From a virus, in the IMG/VR virus record IMGVR_UViG_3300029585_000107, positions 729-64,728 of that record: 64,000 nt of DNA; one strand, 5' to 3'. The translations under genes and the position numbers were made by a program. A model generated the notes under the pieces. The model did no database searches. It worked only from the letters and a program-made list of their open reading frames with translations, and was not told the DNA's origin. This document shows positions 36,932 through 45,140 of the stretch, piece by piece (position 1 is the stretch's first letter; each line of letters opens with the position of its first letter).

Positions 36932-37324
36932 ATGTTTCGCTGGAAGATGCTTAGCAAGGCCCTCGGCCGGGTTCCCCTTAAAGACCTTGAGAACGACGCA
37001 GATCGCTTCTGCCTCAGGCTCCTCGAGGATGCCGCGGCACGGCGCATCGCCGACTCGATGGGCAACGCCACCATCGAGTCAATCAGGCGCCATAAGAGCC
37101 GCGCACTCAGGTGCAGTCACACGGCGGTCGTCAACGGCAAGGTCTACCGCTGCGCTCACAGGAACGGGCACGCCGGCGATCACGAGAGATGGTCCCCAGA
37201 ACGGCATGGTCACTGGCCCTATGGCCCGAGCGACTTCCACGAGGAGTCCTGCTCCCTTCAGCCTTCCGGCGTGGGGCAGTGCGACTGCCGGACCTCCGAC
37301 ACCGAGCGGGGACTCGGGTCGTGA
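36932..37324 (+). CDS. Hypothetical Cys/His-rich protein
   Basis: Follows ssb by 3 nt; coupled to a GTG ORF at 37321-37524. Confidence 0.45.
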   Translation: MFRWKMLSKALGRVPLKDLENDADRFCLRLLEDAAARRIADSMGNATIESIRRHKSRALRCSHTAVVNGKVYRCAHRNGHAGDHERWSPERHGHWPYGPSDFHEESCSLQPSGVGQCDCRTSDTERGLGS

Positions 37325-37557
37325 AGCGGAAGTATCCAAGTCTAGGCAGGTGCTCGCGCGACGGCTGTCCTGGCAAGAACAACCGCATCTACCACGGCAC
37401 CTGCCCCGACCTTGTGCACCCTGTGACGGTATGCCTCTGCGAAGATCACGCTGCCGAGTCCGTCGAGGACGGGTGGGAGCTTGAGCTCGCCGAGGATGCC
37501 CACGGGACTTGCAAAGCCTCATAGGTTTATTGCAGACTGGTGCCGTGAGGTACCGCC

Positions 37558-37770
37558 ATGCAGAATCAACTACAGAAACTGAAGCGGGAGCAGGCGCTCC
37601 TTAAGTCCGAGTACAAGGCAGCCGAGCGCGGCGAAGAGGAAGCGAAGAACGCAGCCCCGACGCCAGACATCGAGCGCGCGATCATGGAGTCGCCGCTCGT
37701 CGCGGCAGCGCACACGGCGGTCGAGTTCGACGTCGTGTCGGAATTCTGGACCGGCAAGAAGGCCGCCTAG
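37558..37770 (+). CDS. Small hypothetical protein
   Basis: Ends just before a hairpin. Confidence 0.5.
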   Translation: MQNQLQKLKREQALLKSEYKAAERGEEEAKNAAPTPDIERAIMESPLVAAAHTAVEFDVVSEFWTGKKAA

Positions 37771-37784
37771 TCGCACTTGCTGGG

Positions 37785-37815
37785 TACTTGACGAGCTAGC
37801 GCTGCTAATCAAGTA
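37785..37815. terminator. Hairpin between convergent transcription units
   Basis: TACTTGA 37785-37791 pairs with TCAAGTA 37809-37815; inner TAGC-gct-GCTA. Confidence 0.55.
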
Positions 37816-37825
37816 AGGTCGCGAC

Positions 37826-37915
37826 ACCAGCGAGCGGGATTCGAACCCGCATCGTCCACGCCGGGGAGCGACCCCGGAGACGCGAACCGTGTTGCCGTTT
37901 ACAACGCACCGCTGG
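37826..37915 (-). ncRNA. tRNA-like RNA with canonical acceptor and T arms and an abnormal, extended central arm; no encoded CCA
   Basis: Acceptor CCAGCGG/TCGCTGG; T arm GCGGG-TTCGAAT-CCCGC; D-like GTT..AAC; apical hairpin CCGGGG-TCGCT-CCCCGG. Confidence 0.6.
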
Positions 37916-37926
37916 CCGCGAAATCT

Positions 37927-38226
37927 TCACTCTTCCGGCTTGAACCTGTCGTAGGCGCCAGAGTGCGCCTCCTCGGTTCGCCATGCGCGCACGCGCTTCA
38001 CACCGTCCTCCTCGACGATCCTCAGAACGAACGCGCCGCCGTACTTCTCGGTGTGCTGTTTGAAGGCTGCACGAAGCATGTTTATCCGCTTTCGTGGAGT
38101 CTGCCCGTTCAGCGCTAGCGAAATGCTGTCGCCAACCTCCATCTCGATGTAGGGGTAGACGAACCGACGCCCTCGAAGCTCGCTGCGAGGAGGGATGGGG
38201 ATGTTCTTTTCGATCTTGTAGCTCAA
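37927..38226 (-). CDS. Conserved small phage protein (KIEKNIPIP..YP..EMEVGDS type)
   Basis: Recognisable motif ending RVRAWR; coupled start. Confidence 0.65.
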   Translation of the reverse strand: MSYKIEKNIPIPPRSELRGRRFVYPYIEMEVGDSISLALNGQTPRKRINMLRAAFKQHTEKYGGAFVLRIVEEDGVKRVRAWRTEEAHSGAYDRFKPEE

Positions 38227-38507
38227 TGGCAGGGTTCCCCCGCCCTACAGGTCCCGCAAGACGCGTCATCGCACCACTCCACCGCCTCAGGTATCGGGGC
38301 GACCCGCGGAAGCCCATGATTCTTGTACGCCATGCGCGAGCCAGCCCGATCCCACTCCTCGATGCTCACCTCTCCGTCCAGAACAACCCACAGAGGGACG
38401 GGGACGACCGCATACGGCACAGTCGAGAGAAACCCCTTCCTTGTCTTTGGAGGTTCGTCGAACACGAGGATTTCGCCGTCGACAGAGAGCAGTAGCCAGA
38501 CTTTCAC
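38223..38507 (-). CDS. Hypothetical protein
   Basis: Coupled chain. Confidence 0.5.
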   Translation of the reverse strand: MKVWLLLSVDGEILVFDEPPKTRKGFLSTVPYAVVPVPLWVVLDGEVSIEEWDRAGSRMAYKNHGLPRVAPIPEAVEWCDDASCGTCRAGEPCH

Positions 38508-38995
38508 GGCTCACCTCCTGGCCGACCCATCCTCCGGGTTCTTGCATGACGCGCCTGCTCCATCCCGATTTCGTTCGCCATCGACTCATATCCGTACTCA
38601 GTGACCACGATCGAATCCACAACATCGATCCCAAGGATCTTCCCAGACTCCACGAGTCGCTCGAAGAGAGCTATGTCGTCCGACGAGTGTTTGACGTTGC
38701 CACTGGGATGGTTGTGGGCAACGATGATGGCGGCGGAGCCGGCGAGGATGGCGGCTCGGAAAACCTCGCGAGGGTGCACTTCGACCGAGCTCAGCCCCCC
38801 TACTGCGACAACCTCGAAGCCGATGATCTTGGCATTCACGTCTAGGTGTAGTGTGTAGAAGGTTTCGCGGTCGAGTCCCTTCGCGAGTTCGCGGAGAAAC
38901 GAGAAGGCGGCCCCAGGTTCACCTGCTCGGTTGCCCTCCTGGGGAAAGGAGCGCCGATGCCGCCGAATGCGGAATTCGTAGAGGTACCCCATCAC
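38504..38995 (-). CDS. RadC-like JAB/MPN domain protein
   Basis: RETFYTLHLD, VHPREVFRAAI, IIVAHNHPSG..SSDD. Confidence 0.88.
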   Translation of the reverse strand: MMGYLYEFRIRRHRRSFPQEGNRAGEPGAAFSFLRELAKGLDRETFYTLHLDVNAKIIGFEVVAVGGLSSVEVHPREVFRAAILAGSAAIIVAHNHPSGNVKHSSDDIALFERLVESGKILGIDVVDSIVVTEYGYESMANEIGMEQARHARTRRMGRPGGEP

Positions 38996-39369
38996 TCTTC
39001 CCCTGGGTGGCTAGGCGTTGGAGGCATGCAGGCGAAGGTCAAGAAGGCGACTGAGAGACAGCGGTACCCGTCGCGACACTGGTCGTCCGGCCCGTCGTAT
39101 TCGCAGGCCTGGTAGCAGTGCGACTCTTCGGTTGCGATGTACGTGAGACAGTGCTCCTCGCCCTCGATGCAGCCGCCACCCGCGAGCCCGTCGCACTCCG
39201 CAGAACACATGCCACCCTCGAATTGCACGACCCCATCCTGTGTGGCCGTAAGACACGTTCCACCCTCACACTCGTCCGCAGCCTCGCACGGGGCGCCGGT
39301 GCGATAGACGTTCCCGCCATCGCCGACACACGACGCCGCGAACAGCAGCGAAATCAGAATTTTCTTCAT
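38992..39369 (-). CDS. Cys-rich lipoprotein
   Basis: MKKILISLLFAAS-C lipobox; many Cys in GAPC..C..GGTC / GGMCSAEC / CYQAC..CRDGYRC pattern; AGGAG RBS. Confidence 0.75.
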   Translation of the reverse strand: MKKILISLLFAASCVGDGGNVYRTGAPCEAADECEGGTCLTATQDGVVQFEGGMCSAECDGLAGGGCIEGEEHCLTYIATEESHCYQACEYDGPDDQCRDGYRCLSVAFLTFACMPPTPSHPGEE

Positions 39370-40020
39370 CTCGTTCTCCTTTGCTTGAACCCAAGCTCTC
39401 CATAGAAGCGCTCCTCCGCGAGCGATACGACGAGCTTCGCGGAGATCCACCAGTGGCTGCCAAGGACGAAAACCTCCAAGTCTTCGGCGGAGCCACCGGT
39501 TACGCGACCAACACAATTGTCCGTGCACTGAGGATGCACCCCGGGGAGGATCTTCACCTCTGTTCCGATTGGATACTTCACGCCCACTCCCCCCGGCAGC
39601 TTGCGCATTCGCACTCCCAGCTGAACTCGGCATTCCCGAGCTCAACCTGGCATTTCACACCGGGGCACGGGCAAGGCTCAAAGGAGGTGCAGCCGCCAGA
39701 GAAGCCGTCACACGAGCACCCCATGGCGAATGGTCCACACGAATCCACCTCGACCGCGCCGCGACCTTCGCAAAGCTCGCATTCGCCAGGCATCAGCTTG
39801 CCACCCTCACGAAGGAGGCTCCGCAGTCCTTGCACTTGCAGAATTGCCGCTCAGGCAGTTGCAGGAAGTGCGCTGTGCGGTAGTGCTCATGCGAGCAACG
39901 CGCTTGCGCCTCGTGCTTGCGCACTAGCTCTTCAAGCTGCTCAACCTTCCGCTCTCGGTCACGACAACCTCCGGCGAGCTCGCGCTTGAGCGCTACGATC
40001 GTTCGTTTCAAATTTGTCAT
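39366..40020 (-). CDS. Three short coupled ORFs (39366-39581, 39578-39793 Cys-rich, 39793-40020)
   Basis: GTGA and TGATG overlaps. Confidence 0.45.
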
Positions 40021-40067
40021 TACCCCTCCTGGGGCGCCGCCCGTATTGAGCGGCGCTTCATTAGCCT

Positions 40068-40508
40068 CTACTTGAGCGGGCTCATTACGAGCTGGTAGTA
40101 GGCGCTCCCGTTGGCATTCTCGTCGGCGACCGCAGCAAGCCAGGCCTGGCACGCGTCAAAGATGCGCTTGGCCTCTTCGTCGCTGAGGTCGATGTCCATT
40201 GCGCCATCGGCGTATTGCTTTACGGCGTCAACGCTCGCAGCATTCTCGTCGCGGTAGCCCTTGTCGTCGAGGATTGCGTCGGCGACCGAGAAGAGACAAC
40301 CAGCGCGAAGACCATCGCGGTACGCGGCCTTCGCTTGCTCTTCGCCGATAACGTTGAGCACGTCGGCCCAATCGCCGTGCGCCATTTCCGTCTCCCAAAG
40401 AGAGTCAAGGGAGGAGAGGAGACCACCTTGCGCGGCAGCGGTGCGGCCGTTTTCGGTGGCGATCGCGATGGCCTGCATTCCAAACTCGTTTGTCACTGCA
40501 GCGCCCAT
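40068..40508 (-). CDS. Hypothetical protein
   Basis: TAATG coupling to the upstream small ORF. Confidence 0.55.
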   Translation of the reverse strand: MGAAVTNEFGMQAIAIATENGRTAAAQGGLLSSLDSLWETEMAHGDWADVLNVIGEEQAKAAYRDGLRAGCLFSVADAILDDKGYRDENAASVDAVKQYADGAMDIDLSDEEAKRIFDACQAWLAAVADENANGSAYYQLVMSPLK

Positions 40509-40636
40509 TATCGGCGCCCCGCGCGAGTTACGATCGAAGCCACCCAGGAGTAGTCGCGGCCGAGCACGTCGGCAATGGTGCCGATGGCGTACCCGTTGGC
40601 GTAGAGGTGCTGAGCGTATTCTTTATCAGTCTTCAT
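40508..40636 (-). CDS. 42-aa HTH-like protein (below the ORF-track cutoff)
   Basis: MKTDKEYAQHLYANGYAIGTIADVLGRDYSWVASIVTRAGRR; first ORF after cassette copy C. Confidence 0.55.
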   Translation of the reverse strand: MKTDKEYAQHLYANGYAIGTIADVLGRDYSWVASIVTRAGRR

Positions 40637-40700
40637 ATCGGTTCTTCTTTCTTGGCGGCCCGGAGCGGGCGGCCAGCGATGTCAACAAGAAGAACCTAAG
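40634..40700 (-). promoter_or_regulatory. Leftward cassette, copy C
   Basis: Plus strand TGTCAAC 40680-40686 and CTAAG 40696-40700; hairpin GCCCG-3nt-CGGGC. Confidence 0.55.
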
Positions 40701-40741
40701 CCCTTTTTACACGTCAGGCAAGTAAAATAGCGACCAGGCCG

Positions 40742-41077
40742 TTAAATATTTTCCAGGGGTATGCCAAGCCCTCGAACCGCTTCGGCAAAGTCTTCGGAAA
40801 ATCGGAGGCGATCTTCTGCCTCCGACGCATCCTTGGCCGAAGTGGCACCCTGCTGCTCAGCGATACGCTCGCGCTCGGCCCGAGCGAAGGCCACGGCTTC
40901 GAGGCGAAGGCACCCGCACGACTTCACCTTCCCGGAGCGTAGGCTAGACGTGTCCACGAGCGCCCGCCCACCGCACTTGCAGAAGCAATACCAGCGGTCG
41001 CCCTTCGGGGTCTTCACCCGGCGCAGCGCAAACAGCCGGCAGAACGTCTGCCCCCTCAGATCTAACGGTTTCGCCAT
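40742..41077 (-). CDS. N-terminal Zn-binding module of an HNH/AP2-type homing endonuclease, no nuclease domain
   Basis: DLRGQTFCRL..WYCFCKCG..SLRSGKVKSCGC. Confidence 0.65.
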   Translation of the reverse strand: MAKPLDLRGQTFCRLFALRRVKTPKGDRWYCFCKCGGRALVDTSSLRSGKVKSCGCLRLEAVAFARAERERIAEQQGATSAKDASEAEDRLRFSEDFAEAVRGLGIPLENI

Positions 41078-41111
41078 TGCCCACGAGCCTAACGCGCAGT
41101 GAGTAGGATTC

Positions 41112-41411
41112 CTAATCCTTGCGGTTGTGAGCCTCGATCTCTTCCTGGGTGCAGATGCAGGTGAAGTTGAAGTCCGCTTTGCAGGGGCAGCAATTCGAGC
41201 TCCCACGATCCCCGAAGGGGAACTCGCGCCTGGCGTTCAGCTCGCCCAGAACCCAGAGTTCGGCAGCCCGCGCGTCGCCGAGTTGGCGAGCCGTAAGCTT
41301 GGTTTCCTCCCTGCGCACCTTGCCGGTGAGCACGGCGGCGACGCTGTCGTCGTTGCACAGCAGGTAGAGCCCGCGGCGCACCTTGCCGGTGAATTTCTTT
41401 CTAGCTGCCAT
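41112..41411 (-). CDS. Hypothetical protein, Cys-rich C-terminus
   Basis: Start MAARKKFTG with a purine-rich RBS. Confidence 0.45.
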   Translation of the reverse strand: MAARKKFTGKVRRGLYLLCNDDSVAAVLTGKVRREETKLTARQLGDARAAELWVLGELNARREFPFGDRGSSNCCPCKADFNFTCICTQEEIEAHNRKD

Positions 41412-41724
41412 GATGAACCCCTTCGCTCGCTTTCCTTCTTTCGTAGTGGGTTCCTGCGCATTCGCCAGTGGACGATATGCAGAGCTCGCCCACCGGGGCG
41501 CGGCAGACCGAGCAAGGGACGAGCACCACCGAGCGGTGAGTCCTCGCATAGAGCACCTTGCGCCCATCCCCTGGATGCCGGGTCGGGATGAAGACCTCGT
41601 TCCCGACGAACACCGGAGACGACCGCTCAGCCTTGCCCACGGCGCCCCCTGTAAGACGCGAGCAGTCGCTCCTCCATCTCGACCCAGTAGCAATGCGCGC
41701 AAGGCCCGGGGTTGCTCCGCCCAT
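41401..41724 (-). CDS. Possible Zn-finger protein
   Basis: VPCSVCRAPVGELC..GTHYERR; start uncertain. Confidence 0.4.
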   Translation of the reverse strand: MGGATPGLARIATGSRWRSDCSRLTGGAVGKAERSSPVFVGNEVFIPTRHPGDGRKVLYARTHRSVVLVPCSVCRAPVGELCISSTGECAGTHYERRKASEGVHHGS

Positions 41725-41795
41725 TGCAGCCTACCCCGCTAGCAACCTTCCTTGCGCCCGCTGCGGCAACCATGGCAAAGAAGGCCGCCCCAGCC

Positions 41796-42215
41796 CTACC
41801 CATCTGCCACCTCCGCGAGGCGAAAGAGGACCGGGGCCACAAGAGTGTGCTCGACCCTGCCAGCTGTCACGAGCTCCCAGAGCGCGTTGTCCGGGGCCTT
41901 CCCGAAGGCAGCATCGGCAGTGTAGACGCCGCCCGACACCTCAAGAACGATCGCATTGAAGGTGCGCGGCTTCCCATCCCCGAGGAGTTCAGGGATGCGC
42001 TCCAGCCACTCTGGCTTAGCGGACGCCTTCATGTCGCCACACCACGAGACAGGGCCCTTGCCGAGATCCTTTCGTGCTGCACGTGAGATGCGCTGAGGAT
42101 CGTCCGGGGAGCGAACAAGGTGTACGTACGCAGCGGGCCCCGAGCGATCAACAGGGCCCGAGGTCCAGACGGCTTCACCAACGTACTCCGTGGGAATCTT
42201 CGGCACCGCCATCAC
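41796..42215 (-). CDS. Hypothetical protein
   Basis: Coupled to the DUF3850 gene. Confidence 0.5.
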   Translation of the reverse strand: MMAVPKIPTEYVGEAVWTSGPVDRSGPAAYVHLVRSPDDPQRISRAARKDLGKGPVSWCGDMKASAKPEWLERIPELLGDGKPRTFNAIVLEVSGGVYTADAAFGKAPDNALWELVTAGRVEHTLVAPVLFRLAEVADG

Positions 42216-42622
42216 CGTCCCTCCAGGCGGTCGGCCTCATTGTCGAGGTCTTCGGCATCCCTCATGAGCTTCTCGCTGCATCGGCGGTCGTTCATCTCAG
42301 AAGCAAGCTCACGAGTCTCGCGGGCTTCTTCGCGAAGGCCAAGCCCACGCATGTGCTCTGGGGGATGAGGCGGGTACGGATCGACCGTCGACAGCACGAC
42401 GTAGCCAGGCGCAAGCCCTGCGACACCCCTGAGCACGTGGGTCACCTCGCGAATTATGAGTGCGCCCGTGTACCCCGTTTCCTCGCTCCATTCCCGGAGG
42501 TGGAGATGCTGGCCGACATCGAAGCGAACAGCTCTATCGTCTCGTCGCAGTTCGTAGTTCTTAAGCCCAGCTTCCTGTGCAGCGAAGTGCCTGGGCAAGA
42601 TCTTCAGTTCGTGGATGAACAT
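42212..42622 (-). CDS. DUF3850 (ASCH/PUA-like) protein
   Basis: HELKILP.HF..GLKNYELRRDDR..FDVG..LHLREW..YTG..GYVVLS. Confidence 0.85.
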   Translation of the reverse strand: MFIHELKILPRHFAAQEAGLKNYELRRDDRAVRFDVGQHLHLREWSEETGYTGALIIREVTHVLRGVAGLAPGYVVLSTVDPYPPHPPEHMRGLGLREEARETRELASEMNDRRCSEKLMRDAEDLDNEADRLEGR

Positions 42623-42623
42623 G

Positions 42624-43042
42624 CTATTCCTTTCTGAGGTCGCCGAGGCGGATTAGCTCCGCCCAGCTTTCTTCTGTGTGTTGTGCGAAGCAAAACTTCG
42701 CCTGGTGTTCGATTTGGGCAACGGTGGCAAGCGAAAGGCCGCCAAGCCCCTCGGAGCCTTCGAGCGAGTCGGTGCACCCGAAAGCCTCGACCCACTGCCC
42801 TTTGCTGTGCTCGAGCTCCCCTGGGAACGCGTAGAGCAGGTAATCGACGGCAGCTTTCATCCTCTCGATCAAACCAGGTCCCCCTCGCAGAGGTCGCCAG
42901 CGGCTACGGATTCGGCGACACACTCCACCAAGTCCTCAACAGGCTCGTCGTCGTAAGCGGCAGCCCCGACCGACTCGATGAGCTCCACAAGCCGAGCCCG
43001 AGGAAGGCGTCGAATCGCATCGTAAATCTTTCTCTCGTTCAT
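42624..43042 (-). CDS. Two short hypothetical ORFs (42624-42860; 42869-43042)
   Basis: RBS-preceded ATGs at 42860 and 43042, downstream of cassette copy D. Confidence 0.5.
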
Positions 43043-43092
43043 CAATCTTCTTTCCGCCCCCTAGGAGGGGCAAAGTGTCAACGAGGACTAAG
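43040..43092 (-). promoter_or_regulatory. Leftward cassette, copy D
   Basis: Plus strand TGTCAAC 43076-43082, CTAAG 43088-43092; GCCCC..GGGGC hairpin; minus-strand GGAAAGAAGA. Confidence 0.6.
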
Positions 43093-43133
43093 TTAGATTG
43101 CTTTTAACGGCGGCGCAAGCTAAAACAGCAGGC

Positions 43134-43910
43134 ATGGCAAAAGAGAACCTAGAGCTAGAGAATCAGACCCTGCGAGGAATCATCGCCGACAGAGACAAGG
43201 CGCTGGCAAAACTGCGCGCAGAGCTAGAGGAAACGGCTGCAGAGCTTCAGGCGGCACGGGGAAAGCTAGAATCAGCGCACTTCATACCTGTCTATGTAGG
43301 AGACGAGAATCCAGAGACGGGCTTGAGGTTCAGCGCAAACATCGAGGGCGAGAACCCCGACGCCACGACAAAGGCGATCACTGAAGAGCTTGGAAAGGCG
43401 GCGGAGGAGCCGCCCGTGTTCGTTCATCGCGAAGGCGCCGTAGTGGAGACCACCTTAGACCAGCTCTCCCCCTACGAGCTTTCCAGGCTCGCATTCAACG
43501 ACTACGCAACAATGGACGGCGAAGATCTGCCGGTGAACCCGGTGAGCGCCTTGCAGACGATTCTCCACCGCTGGGAGGCCAGAGAGTTCCAAGGCGGAGG
43601 CAGCGCCACCGATGCAACGTTGGGGACCAACGAGGAAACGGGAGAACTCTCAGAGGCGTTCATCATGCTGGCGGCAATGCAGTGCGGAGCGGGGAGAATG
43701 TGCCATGCGATCTTGAAGAGGAAGCAAGGCATTCGCGGGTTCGACGACCCCGAGGTCTACAAGCAACACGCTGCCGACGCCATCGCCGATGTCGCGATCT
43801 TCGCAATGCAGTGCAGCACCAAGCTCCGCCTCGATTTTTGGAAGATCGTCGAGGCGACCGCTTACGAGGTCATGGAGCGCGACTGGAGCAAGAACCCAAG
43901 CGGCTCGTGA
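43134..43910 (+). CDS. MazG-like NTP pyrophosphohydrolase (C-terminal domain) with N-terminal coiled coil
   Basis: EETGEL..HAILKRKQGIRG..ADAIADVAIF..LDF..EVMERDW. Confidence 0.75.
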   Translation: MAKENLELENQTLRGIIADRDKALAKLRAELEETAAELQAARGKLESAHFIPVYVGDENPETGLRFSANIEGENPDATTKAITEELGKAAEEPPVFVHREGAVVETTLDQLSPYELSRLAFNDYATMDGEDLPVNPVSALQTILHRWEAREFQGGGSATDATLGTNEETGELSEAFIMLAAMQCGAGRMCHAILKRKQGIRGFDDPEVYKQHAADAIADVAIFAMQCSTKLRLDFWKIVEATAYEVMERDWSKNPSGS

Positions 43911-43923
43911 TAGCCTAGGTGCC

Positions 43924-44406
43924 ATGGCAAGGAAATTCGCGGCGCTCACCCTGGCAACCCTCTTCGCAGCGCTCTCTTGCAGAGTGAGAGCGCCTAGGAC
44001 GGTCGTCACGGTGGAGTCTCGAGACTTCCCTGGACCGACGAAAGCTGCCGTGAAGATCATCAATGGCTACGTCGGGTGTGGCTTCCTGGAGTACAAGAGC
44101 GGCGGTGCGGAGATTTCGGTCGAAGGGGACGACGGAGCGCCCTGCGGTCTCCCTTTTCACCCCGGAATCGAGAGCGGTCACTCGGCCGTGGCCTACGCTT
44201 GCCCAAGGACCAACCCGCGGTACCAGGTCCGAATCAGCCTGCCCGGGGATATTCACACGCAAGCCTGCATCGTGGCACACGAGCTCGGGCACGCCTTGGG
44301 ACTCCAGGACGGCGGCCGAGGGATCATGAACCAGCGCACCTGTCCCGAGAGGATTCGCTTGAGCGACCTTGAGACGGACACGCTCAGGCGGCGCTACTGC
44401 GACTAG
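43924..44406 (+). CDS. Lipoprotein zinc metallopeptidase (matrixin-like)
   Basis: Lipobox LFAALS-C; HELGHALGLQD; Met-turn GIMN. Confidence 0.72.
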   Translation: MARKFAALTLATLFAALSCRVRAPRTVVTVESRDFPGPTKAAVKIINGYVGCGFLEYKSGGAEISVEGDDGAPCGLPFHPGIESGHSAVAYACPRTNPRYQVRISLPGDIHTQACIVAHELGHALGLQDGGRGIMNQRTCPERIRLSDLETDTLRRRYCD

Positions 44407-44427
44407 CCTCGTGCTACCTTCGTACCC

Positions 44428-44676
44428 GTGAGCGACACACCGAAACTCGACATCGCGCCAGTTCCGAGCTTTGAGCAGGAAGTCAACGAGGACACGATTC
44501 AAATCCTCGAGGAATACTTGGAGGCCGCCAGGAGCGGCGACATCACAGAGGTTGTTGTCGTCGGGATCGGTGGGGGCATCATCCGCACTAGCTGCTCCAT
44601 GACGACCTCGCTCATCACTCAGCTCGGAGCCCTCGCGATCGCGAAGGAGAACGTCATCCGCTCCTCCTCCGAGTAG
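44428..44676 (+). CDS. Small hypothetical protein
   Basis: TGcTACCTT 7 nt upstream of the GTG. Confidence 0.55.
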   Translation: MSDTPKLDIAPVPSFEQEVNEDTIQILEEYLEAARSGDITEVVVVGIGGGIIRTSCSMTTSLITQLGALAIAKENVIRSSSE

Positions 44677-44715
44677 AGCTAGAGCCATACGGCCGCTTCT
44701 GGTACCGTCGAGAGC

Positions 44716-45132
44716 GTGAGCATCTTAGACAACCCCGAGCTAGAGGCGATGGCTAGCAAACTGGGGATGGGGAAGGCCGACCTTGAGCCCCTTATCCATT
44801 CCCCGCACCACGAGGCCCAGAGAATGCTGGATTCGATGAAGGGGCGCCTTAGGCACCTCTATCGCCAGGCCGCATTCGACATCCACCCCGATCGAAACCC
44901 GGACGACCCGGACGCCGCTCGGAAGTTCGGGCAGCTCAGACGCGTCTACGAGATTCTCCTGGACGTCACGGTTCACCCCGCGCGCCGCGAGGCAGCAAGA
45001 GCACAGCGAAGCCAACCCGCTCGCCCCGCTCGAAGCCAGCCCCGCCGGACAGACTTCGCCGAAGCCATGCGCTACGCCAAATACACTGTGAGTTACACTG
45101 GCGCGGGGATTAGCTTCATCACCGACGTCTAG
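44716..45132 (+). CDS. J-domain (DnaJ-like) protein
   Basis: LRHLYRQAAFDIHPDRNPDDPDAARKFGQLRRVYEIL with the HPD motif. Confidence 0.8.
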   Translation: MSILDNPELEAMASKLGMGKADLEPLIHSPHHEAQRMLDSMKGRLRHLYRQAAFDIHPDRNPDDPDAARKFGQLRRVYEILLDVTVHPARREAARAQRSQPARPARSQPRRTDFAEAMRYAKYTVSYTGAGISFITDV

Positions 45133-45140
45133 GAGGCCCC

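Noticed and set aside
37826-37915. Canonical tRNA-Ala(CGC), tmRNA or attP site
   Set aside because: Arm lengths do not fit class I or II tRNAs. There is no G3:U70 pair, no A discriminator, no CCA, no tag ORF and no nearby integrase.
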